Assembly: GCA_964016885.1 (NCBI GenBank)
Contig: CAXHJY010000468.1
Coordinates: 1 to 63,318, forward strand
Reading direction: 5' to 3'
Length of the DNA stretch: 63,318 nucleotides
DNA from: Eledone cirrhosa
Lineage: Eukaryota
Shown here: piece after piece, positions 46,972-63,080 of the stretch
How the letters are laid out: every line of letters starts with the position of its first letter
Numbering within the stretch: position 1 is the stretch's first letter
Notes under the pieces: generated by a model
What the model saw: only the letters and a program-made list of their open reading frames with translations
Told to the model about the DNA's origin: nothing
The model's database searches: none
Translations under genes and position numbers: made by a program

Positions 46972-49362
46972 TTTTTCAACCCAGCTGACAAAACATATAA
47001 GATGGGTAATATCTATCCTACGAGGTTACCCTTTAATAAAAGAGTTTGCATACCACAACAAATAGATGACGAGACGGAGGCACAGTTCACCATAGCTAGA
47101 AATAAGATTAGACAAGTAGTAGACAGGTACACTATGAAACAGAGCAGACCAGAGGCCCAACAACTTGGGATAAAACCTGTAGAAGGCTTGGTTAGCCTCA
47201 AGCAGCGCACAAGGGATGGTGAGGTAGTGTGTCTACCCACAGATAAGTCTGGTAGGATGTCAATAGATAGCATGCCGAACTACATCGAGGCAATGCAACC
47301 CCACATCACCAACACGAGCGAAGTTGCACAACTAACACACGATGGGAGAGAAAAAATCCTCAACGCTCACATGATGATGTGGACTGACATCCTAAAGCCA
47401 AGCAGACGCACTGCCAACAACTTCCAGGCGTCTAACAATGGCATACCACCCTTGTATGGGCTCCGCAAAGACCACAAGACAGTCGACGACCCGACAATAG
47501 GACCACCAACAAGACCTGTATGCGGAGCTAATATAGCTAGCAACTACAGGATCTCCTACTTCCTCTCAATGGTTATACGCCCCATAATCAAGATGTCCCC
47601 AGATGTTTGTGAAAGTACAGAGGACCTCCTCAGCAGAATCAGTGAGTGCAACAAAAACAGGAGCCTATCCAACTGCATAATAGGCAGCATGGATGTGGTG
47701 TCACTGTACCCATCCATTAACATTGATTTTGCTGTGAAAAGATGTGTGGAGATGATCATTGAGAGTGAGGTGGAGTTCTGCGACGTCGACACAGACGAAC
47801 TGGGCCTCCTACTTAGACTTACCTACGACACTGACTACCTAGACAGCCATGACCTTAGATGTTTCTGCCCTAGTAGACCTATAAGAGGTAGACCCCCCAC
47901 CATAACCTCAATGGCTAAAAAGACTCCCATAGGAAGGTGGATTGGGTGGACCAAAGCTATACGGACCCCCCAAAACACTGATCAGGTAAGAAAAATGGTC
48001 GCACATGCAATAGGGGCTAGTATCAAAACTACCCTAAAGGGCCACATATTTAAGTTCAATGAGAAAATCTACACCCAAAATGAGGGAGCAGCCATCGGCG
48101 TCAGCATAGCTGGCGATGTTGCCAACCTTTTCATGGTATGGTGGGAAAGGAGACTTAAAGATCTCCTTAATGAAAGCTCCATAGACCTCATCATGTACTC
48201 TCGTTATGTAGACGATATCAATATAGTTATAAGAACACCCCCACTAGAGAGCACTAACAAGTTTGATTTAGAACGTAGCACGATGGAAAGCATCCAGCAG
48301 ATAGCTAATTCCATACACCAGAGTATAACTGTAACTATAGACTTCCCTTCCAAACACCCTAACAATAGACTACCTGTATTAGACACAGAACTCTGGATTA
48401 ACACTATAGACGAGAGAGCCCAAATTCTCCACTCACACTATGCTAAACCCATGGCCTCCAAATACCTGATACTCAAAAACTCAGCAATGTCCAGTAGTGC
48501 TAAGTTTAATATTCTGATCGCAGATTTGGTACGAGTGATGAAGAATGTGTCCAGCATGTGCGACCCAACAGAAATGGAAGGACACATCCAACACTTCATC
48601 AACCGCATGCAGTTCTCTGGCTACAACCAAAGAGACAGAGTCAGAGTATACGAAGGAGCCATGGAAAAGTATAAGACCCTCATAGAACTGGACATGAAAG
48701 GAATTTGCCCACTATACAGGAGCAAATCATGGAATAGCTTAGATAGGGCTAGACATAAGATAGGGAAGGCCACATCATGGTACGACAACCAGAGATATCA
48801 GAGTGTCATGTTTGTGGACGCCACCCCTGGAGGGAAATTAGCTAACCAGTGTAGAAAGGCCCTGAGAAAGACCCACTTAAAAATAAAGGTGGTAGAAAAG
48901 CCAGGAACCACCATAAAATCCCTGATCAGCAAAACCTACCCTTTTAAGAAAACCCACTGTACCAATAGGAAATGTATCATATGTAAGGTGAACCCCCGGA
49001 TAAACTGTAAAACTAGAAACGTAGTCTATAGCATAAGATGTACAGAGGGTACTTGCAGAAACACGACAACAACATACATAGGTGAGACAGCTCGTAGCAT
49101 AGGTGAAAGGATAGACCAACACTGGGGGGAACTAAAAGGACGAAAAAACGGGTCAGTACTATACGAACATGCTAGACAACATCATGACGGTAACATAGAC
49201 AACATAGAAATTAGAATAATATCTAAACATAGGAATGACCCAGCAGATAGGCAAATCAGAGAGGCCAGTGAAATAGAAATTAGAAGACCAAAGCTAAACA
49301 GAAAGAATGAGTGGAACAACAACAACACCCAAACAAACAACACTGACCTAAGAGAAGTATAA
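46972..49362 (+). CDS. More deeply 5'-truncated copy of the same PLE ORF
   Basis: Matches the minus copy from FFNPADK onward; the only difference I noticed is TMKQ versus TMRQ (47138). Confidence 0.93.
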   Translation, partial: FFNPADKTYKMGNIYPTRLPFNKRVCIPQQIDDETEAQFTIARNKIRQVVDRYTMKQSRPEAQQLGIKPVEGLVSLKQRTRDGEVVCLPTDKSGRMSIDSMPNYIEAMQPHITNTSEVAQLTHDGREKILNAHMMMWTDILKPSRRTANNFQASNNGIPPLYGLRKDHKTVDDPTIGPPTRPVCGANIASNYRISYFLSMVIRPIIKMSPDVCESTEDLLSRISECNKNRSLSNCIIGSMDVVSLYPSINIDFAVKRCVEMIIESEVEFCDVDTDELGLLLRLTYDTDYLDSHDLRCFCPSRPIRGRPPTITSMAKKTPIGRWIGWTKAIRTPQNTDQVRKMVAHAIGASIKTTLKGHIFKFNEKIYTQNEGAAIGVSIAGDVANLFMVWWERRLKDLLNESSIDLIMYSRYVDDINIVIRTPPLESTNKFDLERSTMESIQQIANSIHQSITVTIDFPSKHPNNRLPVLDTELWINTIDERAQILHSHYAKPMASKYLILKNSAMSSSAKFNILIADLVRVMKNVSSMCDPTEMEGHIQHFINRMQFSGYNQRDRVRVYEGAMEKYKTLIELDMKGICPLYRSKSWNSLDRARHKIGKATSWYDNQRYQSVMFVDATPGGKLANQCRKALRKTHLKIKVVEKPGTTIKSLISKTYPFKKTHCTNRKCIICKVNPRINCKTRNVVYSIRCTEGTCRNTTTTYIGETARSIGERIDQHWGELKGRKNGSVLYEHARQHHDGNIDNIEIRIISKHRNDPADRQIREASEIEIRRPKLNRKNEWNNNNTQTNNTDLREV

Positions 49363-49630
49363 ATAAATAAGTAAATTAAATTAAATAAAATAAGATAAAT
49401 AAATACATACACAAGCACATAAACACACACTAGTCACCCAGCAGACACAACACTATACACACTAGTCACACATCACACATAACACTATACACACACGCAA
49501 ACGCATGCGCAAAGAAGACAAAATAAAATAAGATAAACAAACAAGCAAATAAATAAATAAATATATAGACAGCCTGAACAAAAAAATGGCGTAGACATAC
49601 AACACAACAGGAGGAACAATGAATATAACA

Positions 49631-49670
49631 CCACTGACGATGTTGCAGATGTGCAACGAAAGATTTATGT
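49631..49670 (+). ncRNA. Hammerhead-like core in the PLE 3' UTR with weak stem I (mirrored at about 43516-43555)
   Basis: CTGACGA t gttgca-gatg-tgcaac GAAAG-AT-TTA: good stem II, but only about 2 bp of stem I. Confidence 0.4.
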
Positions 49671-49935
49671 AAACTATATATATATGTGTTTGTCTATATT
49701 GTATCTGTATTATTTTTGACCGCCGGTCAGTCAATGGCAACATTGAGGACCGAGTAAGTTAGATCGCAGATATATATATATAAAAGACAGCGAGAAGCGA
49801 AAACCAACCAAACAGTGAGTGTGTTCTGTTATTAATTCTGGCAATATTACGCAAATATGACCCTCCCCAAATATAACAATATCTGTTTCGACACACGATT
49901 TCATATAAAAAACCTCGCAAAACTAATTCATCGCC

Positions 49936-52310
<2,375 letters not shown>

Positions 52311-52313
<3 letters not shown>

Positions 52314-55300
52314 AATATAGATATAGAATATTCGAAAATATTCTGTATGTTTATAATAAACATTTTGAAGACCTAATCGCTATAGAATAGAATACGTCAC
52401 GTATTACAATTAGATTCTCGATAAAAGCAAGGGAAGTAATCTACGCGTTTCATTCTTGTTAGAATTCATCAGGACTACATATCCAGTGCTTTTATCGAGA
52501 ATGACACAGCTAGAGACTTATAGAATACTTAGCTGTGTACAGGAACTGGTTTGAAAGAGCGGTTGCCGGTCCGGCAGAAATTAGAAATTGGAATAAATGC
52601 TCTGAAATAGCGATATATATGTGAATATAGATATAGAATATTCGAAAATATTCTGTATGTTTATAATAAACATTTTGAAGACCTAATCGCTATAGAATAG
52701 AATACGTCACGTATTACAATTAGATTCTCGATAAAAGCAAGGGAAGTAATCTACGCGTTTCATTCTTGTTAGAATTCATCAGGACTACATATCCAGTGCT
52801 TTTATCGAGAATGACACAGCTAGAGACTTATAGAATACTTAGCTGTGTACAGGAACTGGTTTGAAAGAGCGGTTGCCGGTCCGGCAGAAATTAGAAATTG
52901 GAATAAATGCTCTGAAATAGCGATATATATGTGAATATAGATATAGAATATTCGAAAATATTCTGTATGTTTATAATAAACATTTTGAAGACCTAATCGC
53001 TATAGAATAGAATACGTCACGTATTACAATTAGATTCTCGATAAAAGCAAGGGAAGTAATCTACGCGTTTCATTCTTGTTAGAATTCATCAGGACTACAT
53101 ATCCAGTGCTTTTATCGAGAATGACACAGCTAGAGACTTATAGAATACTTAGCTGTGTACAGGAACTGGTTTGAAAGAGCGGTTGCCGGTCCGGCAGAAA
53201 TTAGAAATTGGAATAAATGCTCTGAAATAGCGATATATATGTGAATATAGATATAGAATATTCGAAAATATTCTGTATGTTTATAATAAACATTTTGAAG
53301 ACCTAATCGCTATAGAATAGAATACGTCACGTATTACAATTAGATTCTCGATAAAAGCAAGGGAAGTAATCTACGCGTTTCATTCTTGTTAGAATTCATC
53401 AGGACTACATATCCAGTGCTTTTATCGAGAATGACACAGCTAGAGACTTATAGAATACTTAGCTGTGTACAGGAACTGGTTTGAAAGAGCGGTTGCCGGT
53501 CCGGCAGAAATTAGAAATTGGAATAAATGCTCTGAAATAGCGATATATATGTGAATATAGATATAGAATATTCGAAAATATTCTGTATGTTTATAATAAA
53601 CATTTTGAAGACCTAATCGCTATAGAATAGAATACGTCACGTATTACAATTAGATTCTCGATAAAAGCAAGGGAAGTAATCTACGCGTTTCATTCTTGTT
53701 AGAATTCATCAGGACTACATATCCAGTGCTTTTATCGAGAATGACACAGCTAGAGACTTATAGAATACTTAGCTGTGTACAGGAACTGGTTTGAAAGAGC
53801 GGTTGCCGGTCCGGCAGAAATTAGAAATTGGAATAAATGCTCTGAAATAGCGATATATATGTGAATATAGATATAGAATATTCGAAAATATTCTGTATGT
53901 TTATAATAAACATTTTGAAGACCTAATCGCTATAGAATAGAATACGTCACGTATTACAATTAGATTCTCGATAAAAGCAAGGGAAGTAATCTACGCGTTT
54001 CATTCTTGTTAGAATTCATCAGGACTACATATCCAGTGCTTTTATCGAGAATGACACAGCTAGAGACTTATAGAATACTTAGCTGTGTACAGGAACTGGT
54101 TTGAAAGAGCGGTTGCCGGTCCGGCAGAAATTAGAAATTGGAATAAATGCTCTGAAATAGCGATATATATGTGAATATAGATATAGAATATTCGAAAATA
54201 TTCTGTATGTTTATAATAAACATTTTGAAGACCTAATCGCTATAGAATAGAATACGTCACGTATTACAATTAGATTCTCGATAAAAGCAAGGGAAGTAAT
54301 CTACGCGTTTCATTCTTGTTAGAATTCATCAGGACTACATATCCAGTGCTTTTATCGAGAATGACACAGCTAGAGACTTATAGAATACTTAGCTGTGTAC
54401 AGGAACTGGTTTGAAAGAGCGGTTGCCGGTCCGGCAGAAATTAGAAATTGGAATAAATGCTCTGAAATAGCGATATATATGTGAATATAGATATAGAATA
54501 TTCGAATGATGAATTCTAACAAGAATGAAACGCGTAGATTACTTCCCTTGCTTTTATCGAGAATCTAATTGTAATACGTGACGTATTCTATTCTATAGCG
54601 ATTAGGTCTTCAAAATGTTTATTATAAACATACAGAATATTTTCGAATATTCTATATCTATATTCACATATATATCGCTATTTCAGAGCATTTATTCCAA
54701 TTTCTAATTTCTGCCGGACCGGCAACCGCTCTTTCAAACCAGTTCCTGTACACAGCTAAGTATTCTATAAGTCTCTAGCTGTGTCATTCTCGATAAAAGC
54801 ACTGGATATGTAGTCCTGATGAATTCTAACAAGAATGAAACGCGTAGATTACTTCCCTTGCTTTTATCGAGAATCTAATTGTAATACGTGACGTATTCTA
54901 TTCTATAGCGATTAGGTCTTCAAAATGTTTATTATAAACATACAGAATATTTTCGAATATTCTATATCTATATTCACATATATATCGCTATTTCAGAGCA
55001 TTTATTCCAATTTCTAATTTCTGCCGGACCGGCAACCGCTCTTTCAAACCAGTTCCTGTACACAGCTAAGTATTCTATAAGTCTCTAGCTGTGTCATTCT
55101 CGATAAAAGCACTGGATATGTAGTCCTGATGAATTCTAACAAGAATGAAACGCGTAGATTACTTCCCTTGCTTTTATCGAGAATCTAATTGTAATACGTG
55201 ACGTATTCTATTCTATAGCGATTAGGTCTTCAAAATGTTTATTATAAACATACAGAATATTTTCGAATATTCTATATCTATATTCACATATATATCGCTA

Positions 55301-56245
55301 TTTCAGAGCATTTATTCCAATTTCTAATTTCTGCCGGACCGGCAACCGCTCTTTCAAACCAGTTCCTGTACACAGCTAAGTATTCTATAAGTCTCTAGCT
55401 GTGTCATTCTCGATAAAAGCACTGGATATGTAGTCCTGATGAATTCTAACAAGAATGAAACGCGTAGATTACTTCCCTTGCTTTTATCGAGAATCTAATT
55501 GTAATACGTGACGTATTCTATTCTATAGCGATTAGGTCTTCAAAATGTTTATTATAAACATACAGAATATTTTCGAATATTCTATATCTATATTCACATA
55601 TATATCGCTATTTCAGAGCATTTATTCCAATTTCTAATTTCTGCCGGACCGGCAACCGCTCTTTCAAACCAGTTCCTGTACACAGCTAAGTATTCTATAA
55701 GTCTCTAGCTGTGTCATTCTCGATAAAAGCACTGGATATGTAGTCCTGATGAATTCTAACAAGAATGAAACGCGTAGATTACTTCCCTTGCTTTTATCGA
55801 GAATCTAATTGTAATACGTGACGTATTCTATTCTATAGCGATTAGGTCTTCAAAATGTTTATTATAAACATACAGAATATTTTCGAATATTCTATATCTA
55901 TATTCACATATATATCGCTATTTCAGAGCATTTATTCCAATTTCTAATTTCTGCCGGACCGGCAACCGCTCTTTCAAACCAGTTCCTGTACACAGCTAAG
56001 TATTCTATAAGTCTCTAGCTGTGTCATTCTCGATAAAAGCACTGGATATGTAGTCCTGATGAATTCTAACAAGAATGAAACGCGTAGATTACTTCCCTTG
56101 CTTTTATCGAGAATCTAATTGTAATACGTGACGTATTCTATTCTATAGCGATTAGGTCTTCAAAATGTTTATTATAAACATACAGAATATTTTCGAATAT
56201 TCTATATCTATATTCACATATATATCGCTATTTCAGAGCATTTAT

Positions 56246-56250
<5 letters not shown>
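52311..56250. mobile_element. Retrozyme-like element, 310-bp family variant 1: about 7.1 units (52311-54506) plus about 5.6 inverted units (54507-56250)
   Basis: Period 310 (gtgaatatag at 52311, 52621, 52931 and onward). Switch at ttcgaa|tgatgaattc. One HHR per unit. Confidence 0.92.
54810..54852 (+). ncRNA. Minimal type I hammerhead ribozyme, representative of the 310-bp units
   Basis: gtagtc CTGATGA attct-aaca-agaat GAAAC-GC-GTA gattac: palindromic ACGCGT stem III, predicted cleavage after 54846; enclosed by a perfect 16-bp helix attctcgataaaagca/tgcttttatcgagaat. Confidence 0.93.
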
Positions 56251-56806
<556 letters not shown>

Positions 56807-59800
56807 TTGGAATAAATGCTCTGAAATAGCGATATATATGTGAATATAGACATAGAATATTCGAAAATATTCTGTATGTTTATAATAAACATTTTGAAGA
56901 CCTAATCGCTATAGAATAGAATACGTCACGTATTACAATTAGATTCTCGATAAAAGCAAGGGAAGTAATCTACGCGTTTCATTCTCGTTAGAAATCATCA
57001 GGACTACATATCCAGTGCTTTTATCGAGAATGACACAGCTAGAGACTTATAGAATACTTAGCTGTGTACAGGAACTGGTTTGAAAGAGCGGTTGCCGGTC
57101 CGGCAGAAATTAGAAATTGGAATAAATGCTCTGAAATAGCGATATATATGTGAATATAGACATAGAATATTCGAAAATATTCTGTATGTTTATAATAAAC
57201 ATTTTGAAGACCTAATCGCTATAGAATAGAATACGTCACGTATTACAATTAGATTCTCGATAAAAGCAAGGGAAGTAATCTACGCGTTTCATTCTCGTTA
57301 GAAATCATCAGGACTACATATCCAGTGCTTTTATCGAGAATGACACAGCTAGAGACTTATAGAATACTTAGCTGTGTACAGGAACTGGTTTGAAAGAGCG
57401 GTTGCCGGTCCGGCAGAAATTAGAAATTGGAATAAATGCTCTGAAATAGCGATATATATGTGAATATAGACATAGAATATTCGAAAATATTCTGTATGTT
57501 TATAATAAACATTTTGAAGACCTAATCGCTATAGAATAGAATACGTCACGTATTACAATTAGATTCTCGATAAAAGCAAGGGAAGTAATCTACGCGTTTC
57601 ATTCTCGTTAGAAATCATCAGGACTACATATCCAGTGCTTTTATCGAGAATGACACAGCTAGAGACTTATAGAATACTTAGCTGTGTACAGGAACTGGTT
57701 TGAAAGAGCGGTTGCCGGTCCGGCAGAAATTAGAAATTGGAATAAATGCTCTGAAATAGCGATATATATGTGAATATAGACATAGAATATTCGAAAATAT
57801 TCTGTATGTTTATAATAAACATTTTGAAGACCTAATCGCTATAGAATAGAATACGTCACGTATTACAATTAGATTCTCGATAAAAGCAAGGGAAGTAATC
57901 TACGCGTTTCATTCTCGTTAGAAATCATCAGGACTACATATCCAGTGCTTTTATCGAGAATGACACAGCTAGAGACTTATAGAATACTTAGCTGTGTACA
58001 GGAACTGGTTTGAAAGAGCGGTTGCCGGTCCGGCAGAAATTAGAAATTGGAATAAATGCTCTGAAATAGCGATATATATGTGAATATAGACATAGAATAT
58101 TCGAAAATATTCTGTATGTTTATAATAAACATTTTGAAGACCTAATCGCTATAGAATAGAATACGTCACGTATTACAATTAGATTCTCGATAAAAGCAAG
58201 GGAAGTAATCTACGCGTTTCATTCTCGTTAGAAATCATCAGGACTACATATCCAGTGCTTTTATCGAGAATGACACAGCTAGAGACTTATAGAATACTTA
58301 GCTGTGTACAGGAACTGGTTTGAAAGAGCGGTTGCCGGTCCGGCAGAAATTAGAAATTGGAATAAATGCTCTGAAATAGCGATATATATGTGAATATAGA
58401 CATAGAATATTCGAAAATATTCTGTATGTTTATAATAAACATTTTGAAGACCTAATCGCTATAGAATAGAATACGTCACGTATTACAATTAGATTCTCGA
58501 TAAAAGCAAGGGAAGTAATCTACGCGTTTCATTCTCGTTAGAAATCATCAGGACTACATATCCAGTGCTTTTATCGAGAATGACACAGCTAGAGACTTAT
58601 AGAATACTTAGCTGTGTACAGGAACTGGTTTGAAAGAGCGGTTGCCGGTCCGGCAGAAATTAGAAATTGGAATAAATGCTCTGAAATAGCGATATATATG
58701 TGAATATAGACATAGAATATTCGAAAATATTCTGTATGTTTATAATAAACATTTTGAAGACCTAATCGCTATAGAATAGAATACGTCACGTATTACAATT
58801 AGATTCTCGATAAAAGCAAGGGAAGTAATCTACGCGTTTCATTCTCGTTAGAAATCATCAGGACTACATATCCAGTGCTTTTATCGAGAATGACACAGCT
58901 AGAGACTTATAGAATACTTAGCTGTGTACAGGAACTGGTTTGAAAGAGCGGTTGCCGGTCCGGCAGAAATTAGAAATTGGAATAAATGCTCTGAAATAGC
59001 GATATATATGTGAATATAGACATAGAATATTCGAAAATATTCTGTATGTTTATAATAAACATTTTGAAGACCTAATCGCTATAGAATAGAATACGTCACG
59101 TATTACAATTAGATTCTCGATAAAAGCAAGGGAAGTAATCTACGCGTTTCATTCTCGTTAGAAATCATCAGGACTACATATCCAGTGCTTTTATCGAGAA
59201 TGACACAGCTAGAGACTTATAGAATACTTAGCTGTGTACAGGAACTGGTTTGAAAGAGCGGTTGCCGGTCCGGCAGAAATTAGAAATTGGAATAAATGCT
59301 CTGAAATAGCGATATAATTTCTAATTTCTGCCGGACCGGCAACCGCTCTTTCAAACCAGTTCCTGTACACAGCTAAGTATTCTATAAGTCTCTAGCTGTG
59401 TCATTCTCGATAAAAGCACTGGATATGTAGTCCTGATGATTTCTAACGAGAATGAAACGCGTAGATTACTTCCCTTGCTTTTATCGAGAATCTAATTGTA
59501 ATACGTGACGTATTCTATTCTATAGCGATTAGGTCTTCAAAATGTTTATTATAAACATACAGAATATTTTCGAATATTCTATGTCTATATTCACATATAT
59601 ATCGCTATTTCAGAGCATTTATTCCAATTTCTAATTTCTGCCGGACCGGCAACCGCTCTTTCAAACCAGTTCCTGTACACAGCTAAGTATTCTATAAGTC
59701 TCTAGCTGTGTCATTCTCGATAAAAGCACTGGATATGTAGTCCTGATGATTTCTAACGAGAATGAAACGCGTAGATTACTTCCCTTGCTTTTATCGAGAA

Positions 59801-62073
59801 TCTAATTGTAATACGTGACGTATTCTATTCTATAGCGATTAGGTCTTCAAAATGTTTATTATAAACATACAGAATATTTTCGAATATTCTATGTCTATAT
59901 TCACATATATATCGCTATTTCAGAGCATTTATTCCAATTTCTAATTTCTGCCGGACCGGCAACCGCTCTTTCAAACCAGTTCCTGTACACAGCTAAGTAT
60001 TCTATAAGTCTCTAGCTGTGTCATTCTCGATAAAAGCACTGGATATGTAGTCCTGATGATTTCTAACGAGAATGAAACGCGTAGATTACTTCCCTTGCTT
60101 TTATCGAGAATCTAATTGTAATACGTGACGTATTCTATTCTATAGCGATTAGGTCTTCAAAATGTTTATTATAAACATACAGAATATTTTCGAATATTCT
60201 ATGTCTATATTCACATATATATCGCTATTTCAGAGCATTTATTCCAATTTCTAATTTCTGCCGGACCGGCAACCGCTCTTTCAAACCAGTTCCTGTACAC
60301 AGCTAAGTATTCTATAAGTCTCTAGCTGTGTCATTCTCGATAAAAGCACTGGATATGTAGTCCTGATGATTTCTAACGAGAATGAAACGCGTAGATTACT
60401 TCCCTTGCTTTTATCGAGAATCTAATTGTAATACGTGACGTATTCTATTCTATAGCGATTAGGTCTTCAAAATGTTTATTATAAACATACAGAATATTTT
60501 CGAATATTCTATGTCTATATTCACATATATATCGCTATTTCAGAGCATTTATTCCAATTTCTAATTTCTGCCGGACCGGCAACCGCTCTTTCAAACCAGT
60601 TCCTGTACACAGCTAAGTATTCTATAAGTCTCTAGCTGTGTCATTCTCGATAAAAGCACTGGATATGTAGTCCTGATGATTTCTAACGAGAATGAAACGC
60701 GTAGATTACTTCCCTTGCTTTTATCGAGAATCTAATTGTAATACGTGACGTATTCTATTCTATAGCGATTAGGTCTTCAAAATGTTTATTATAAACATAC
60801 AGAATATTTTCGAATATTCTATGTCTATATTCACATATATATCGCTATTTCAGAGCATTTATTCCAATTTCTAATTTCTGCCGGACCGGCAACCGCTCTT
60901 TCAAACCAGTTCCTGTACACAGCTAAGTATTCTATAAGTCTCTAGCTGTGTCATTCTCGATAAAAGCACTGGATATGTAGTCCTGATGATTTCTAACGAG
61001 AATGAAACGCGTAGATTACTTCCCTTGCTTTTATCGAGAATCTAATTGTAATACGTGACGTATTCTATTCTATAGCGATTAGGTCTTCAAAATGTTTATT
61101 ATAAACATACAGAATATTTTCGAATATTCTATGTCTATATTCACATATATATCGCTATTTCAGAGCATTTATTCCAATTTCTAATTTCTGCCGGACCGGC
61201 AACCGCTCTTTCAAACCAGTTCCTGTACACAGCTAAGTATTCTATAAGTCTCTAGCTGTGTCATTCTCGATAAAAGCACTGGATATGTAGTCCTGATGAT
61301 TTCTAACGAGAATGAAACGCGTAGATTACTTCCCTTGCTTTTATCGAGAATCTAATTGTAATACGTGACGTATTCTATTCTATAGCGATTAGGTCTTCAA
61401 AATGTTTATTATAAACATACAGAATATTTTCGAATATTCTATGTCTATATTCACATATATATCGCTATTTCAGAGCATTTATTCCAATTTTCTAATTTCT
61501 GCCGGACCGGCAACCGCTCTTTCAAACCAGTTCCTGTACACAGCTAAGTATTCTATAAGTCTCTAGCTGTGTCATTCTCGATAAAAGCACTGGATATGTA
61601 GTCCTGATGATTTCTAACGAGAATGAAACGCGTAGATTACTTCCCTTGCTTTTATCGAGAATCTAATTGTAATACGTGACGTATTCTATTCTATAGCGAT
61701 TAGGTCTTCAAAATGTTTATTATAAACATACAGAATATTTTCGAATATTCTATGTCTATATTCACATATATATCGCTATTTCAGAGCATTTATTCCAATT
61801 TCTAATTTCTGCCGGACCGGCAACCGCTCTTTCAAACCAGTTCCTGTACACAGCTAAGTATTCTATAAGTCTCTAGCTGTGTCATTCTCGATAAAAGCAC
61901 TGGATATGTAGTCCTGATGATTTCTAACGAGAATGAAACGCGTAGATTACTTCCCTTGCTTTTATCGAGAATCTAATTGTAATACGTGACGTATTCTATT
62001 CTATAGCGATTAGGTCTTCAAATGTTTATTATAAACATACAGAATATTTTCGAATATTCTATGTCTATATTCA
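56807..62073. mobile_element. Retrozyme-like element, 310-bp family variant 2: about 8.1 units (56807-59316) plus about 8.9 inverted units (59316-62073)
   Basis: Period 310. Three fixed differences from variant 1 (agaCatag, attctCgtt, gaaAtcatc). Switch at gcgatata|atttctaa. Confidence 0.92.
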
Positions 62074-62137
62074 TATATATATATGAATATATATATATAT
62101 ATATATATATATGAATATATATATATATATATATATA

Positions 62138-62171
<34 letters not shown>

Positions 62172-62349
62172 TATATATATGTATATATATATATATATAT
62201 ATATGAATATATATATATATATATATATATGAATATATATATATATATATATATGAATATATATATATATATATATATGAATATATATATATATATGAAT
62301 ATATATATATATATATATATATATGAATATATATATATATATATATATA

Positions 62350-62385
<36 letters not shown>

Positions 62386-62500
62386 TATATATATATATAT
62401 ATGAATATATATATATATATATATATATGAATATATATATATAATATATATATGAATATATATATATATATATATATGAATATATATATATATATATATA

Positions 62501-62534
<34 letters not shown>

Positions 62535-62617
62535 TATATATATATATATAATATATATATATATATATGAATATATATATATATATATATATATGAATAT
62601 ATATATATATATATATA

Positions 62618-62655
<38 letters not shown>

Positions 62656-62796
62656 TATATATATATATATATGAATATATATATATATATATATATATGA
62701 ATATATATATATATATATATATGAATATATATATATATATATATATGAAATATATATATATATATATATGAATATATATATATATATATATATATA

Positions 62797-62834
<38 letters not shown>

Positions 62835-62852
62835 TATATATATATATATATA

Positions 62853-62896
<44 letters not shown>

Positions 62897-63049
62897 TATA
62901 TATATATATATATATGAATATATATATATATATATATATGAATATATATATATATATATATATGAATATATATATATATATGAATATATATATATATATA
63001 TGAATATATATATATATATATATATGAATATATATATATATATAAATAT

Positions 63050-63080
<31 letters not shown>
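62074..63080. repeat. (AT)n/TGAA tract
   Basis: Directly visible. Confidence 0.98.

Larger units (their letters stand above)
43304..49935. mobile_element. Nematis-like PLE as a head-to-head inverted pair (43304-46940 on -, 46970-49935 on +)
   Basis: Near-identical arms over about 2.9 kb; reiterated filler at the centre; right arm has a 53-nt tail (49883-49935). Clade label is inference. Confidence 0.9.

Noticed and set aside
44064-49743. Short antisense ORFs over the PLE ORFs and UTRs (also 7621-8307, 9211-9750, 46257-46811)
   Set aside because: Shadow ORFs of the real coding strand or of the (AAC)n repeat
43304-49935. Inverted structures as long-read fold-back artefacts
   Set aside because: Arms are unequal, have unique spacers or fillers, and reuse the same two endpoints in independent insertions. 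An artefact is unlikely but raw reads were not available to exclude it
61480-62030. Single-base indels in a few array units (about 61490 and 62020; also 5067, 5515, 34298) as real variants
   Set aside because: Mostly in homopolymers or AT runs and each seen once; cannot be told apart from sequencing error
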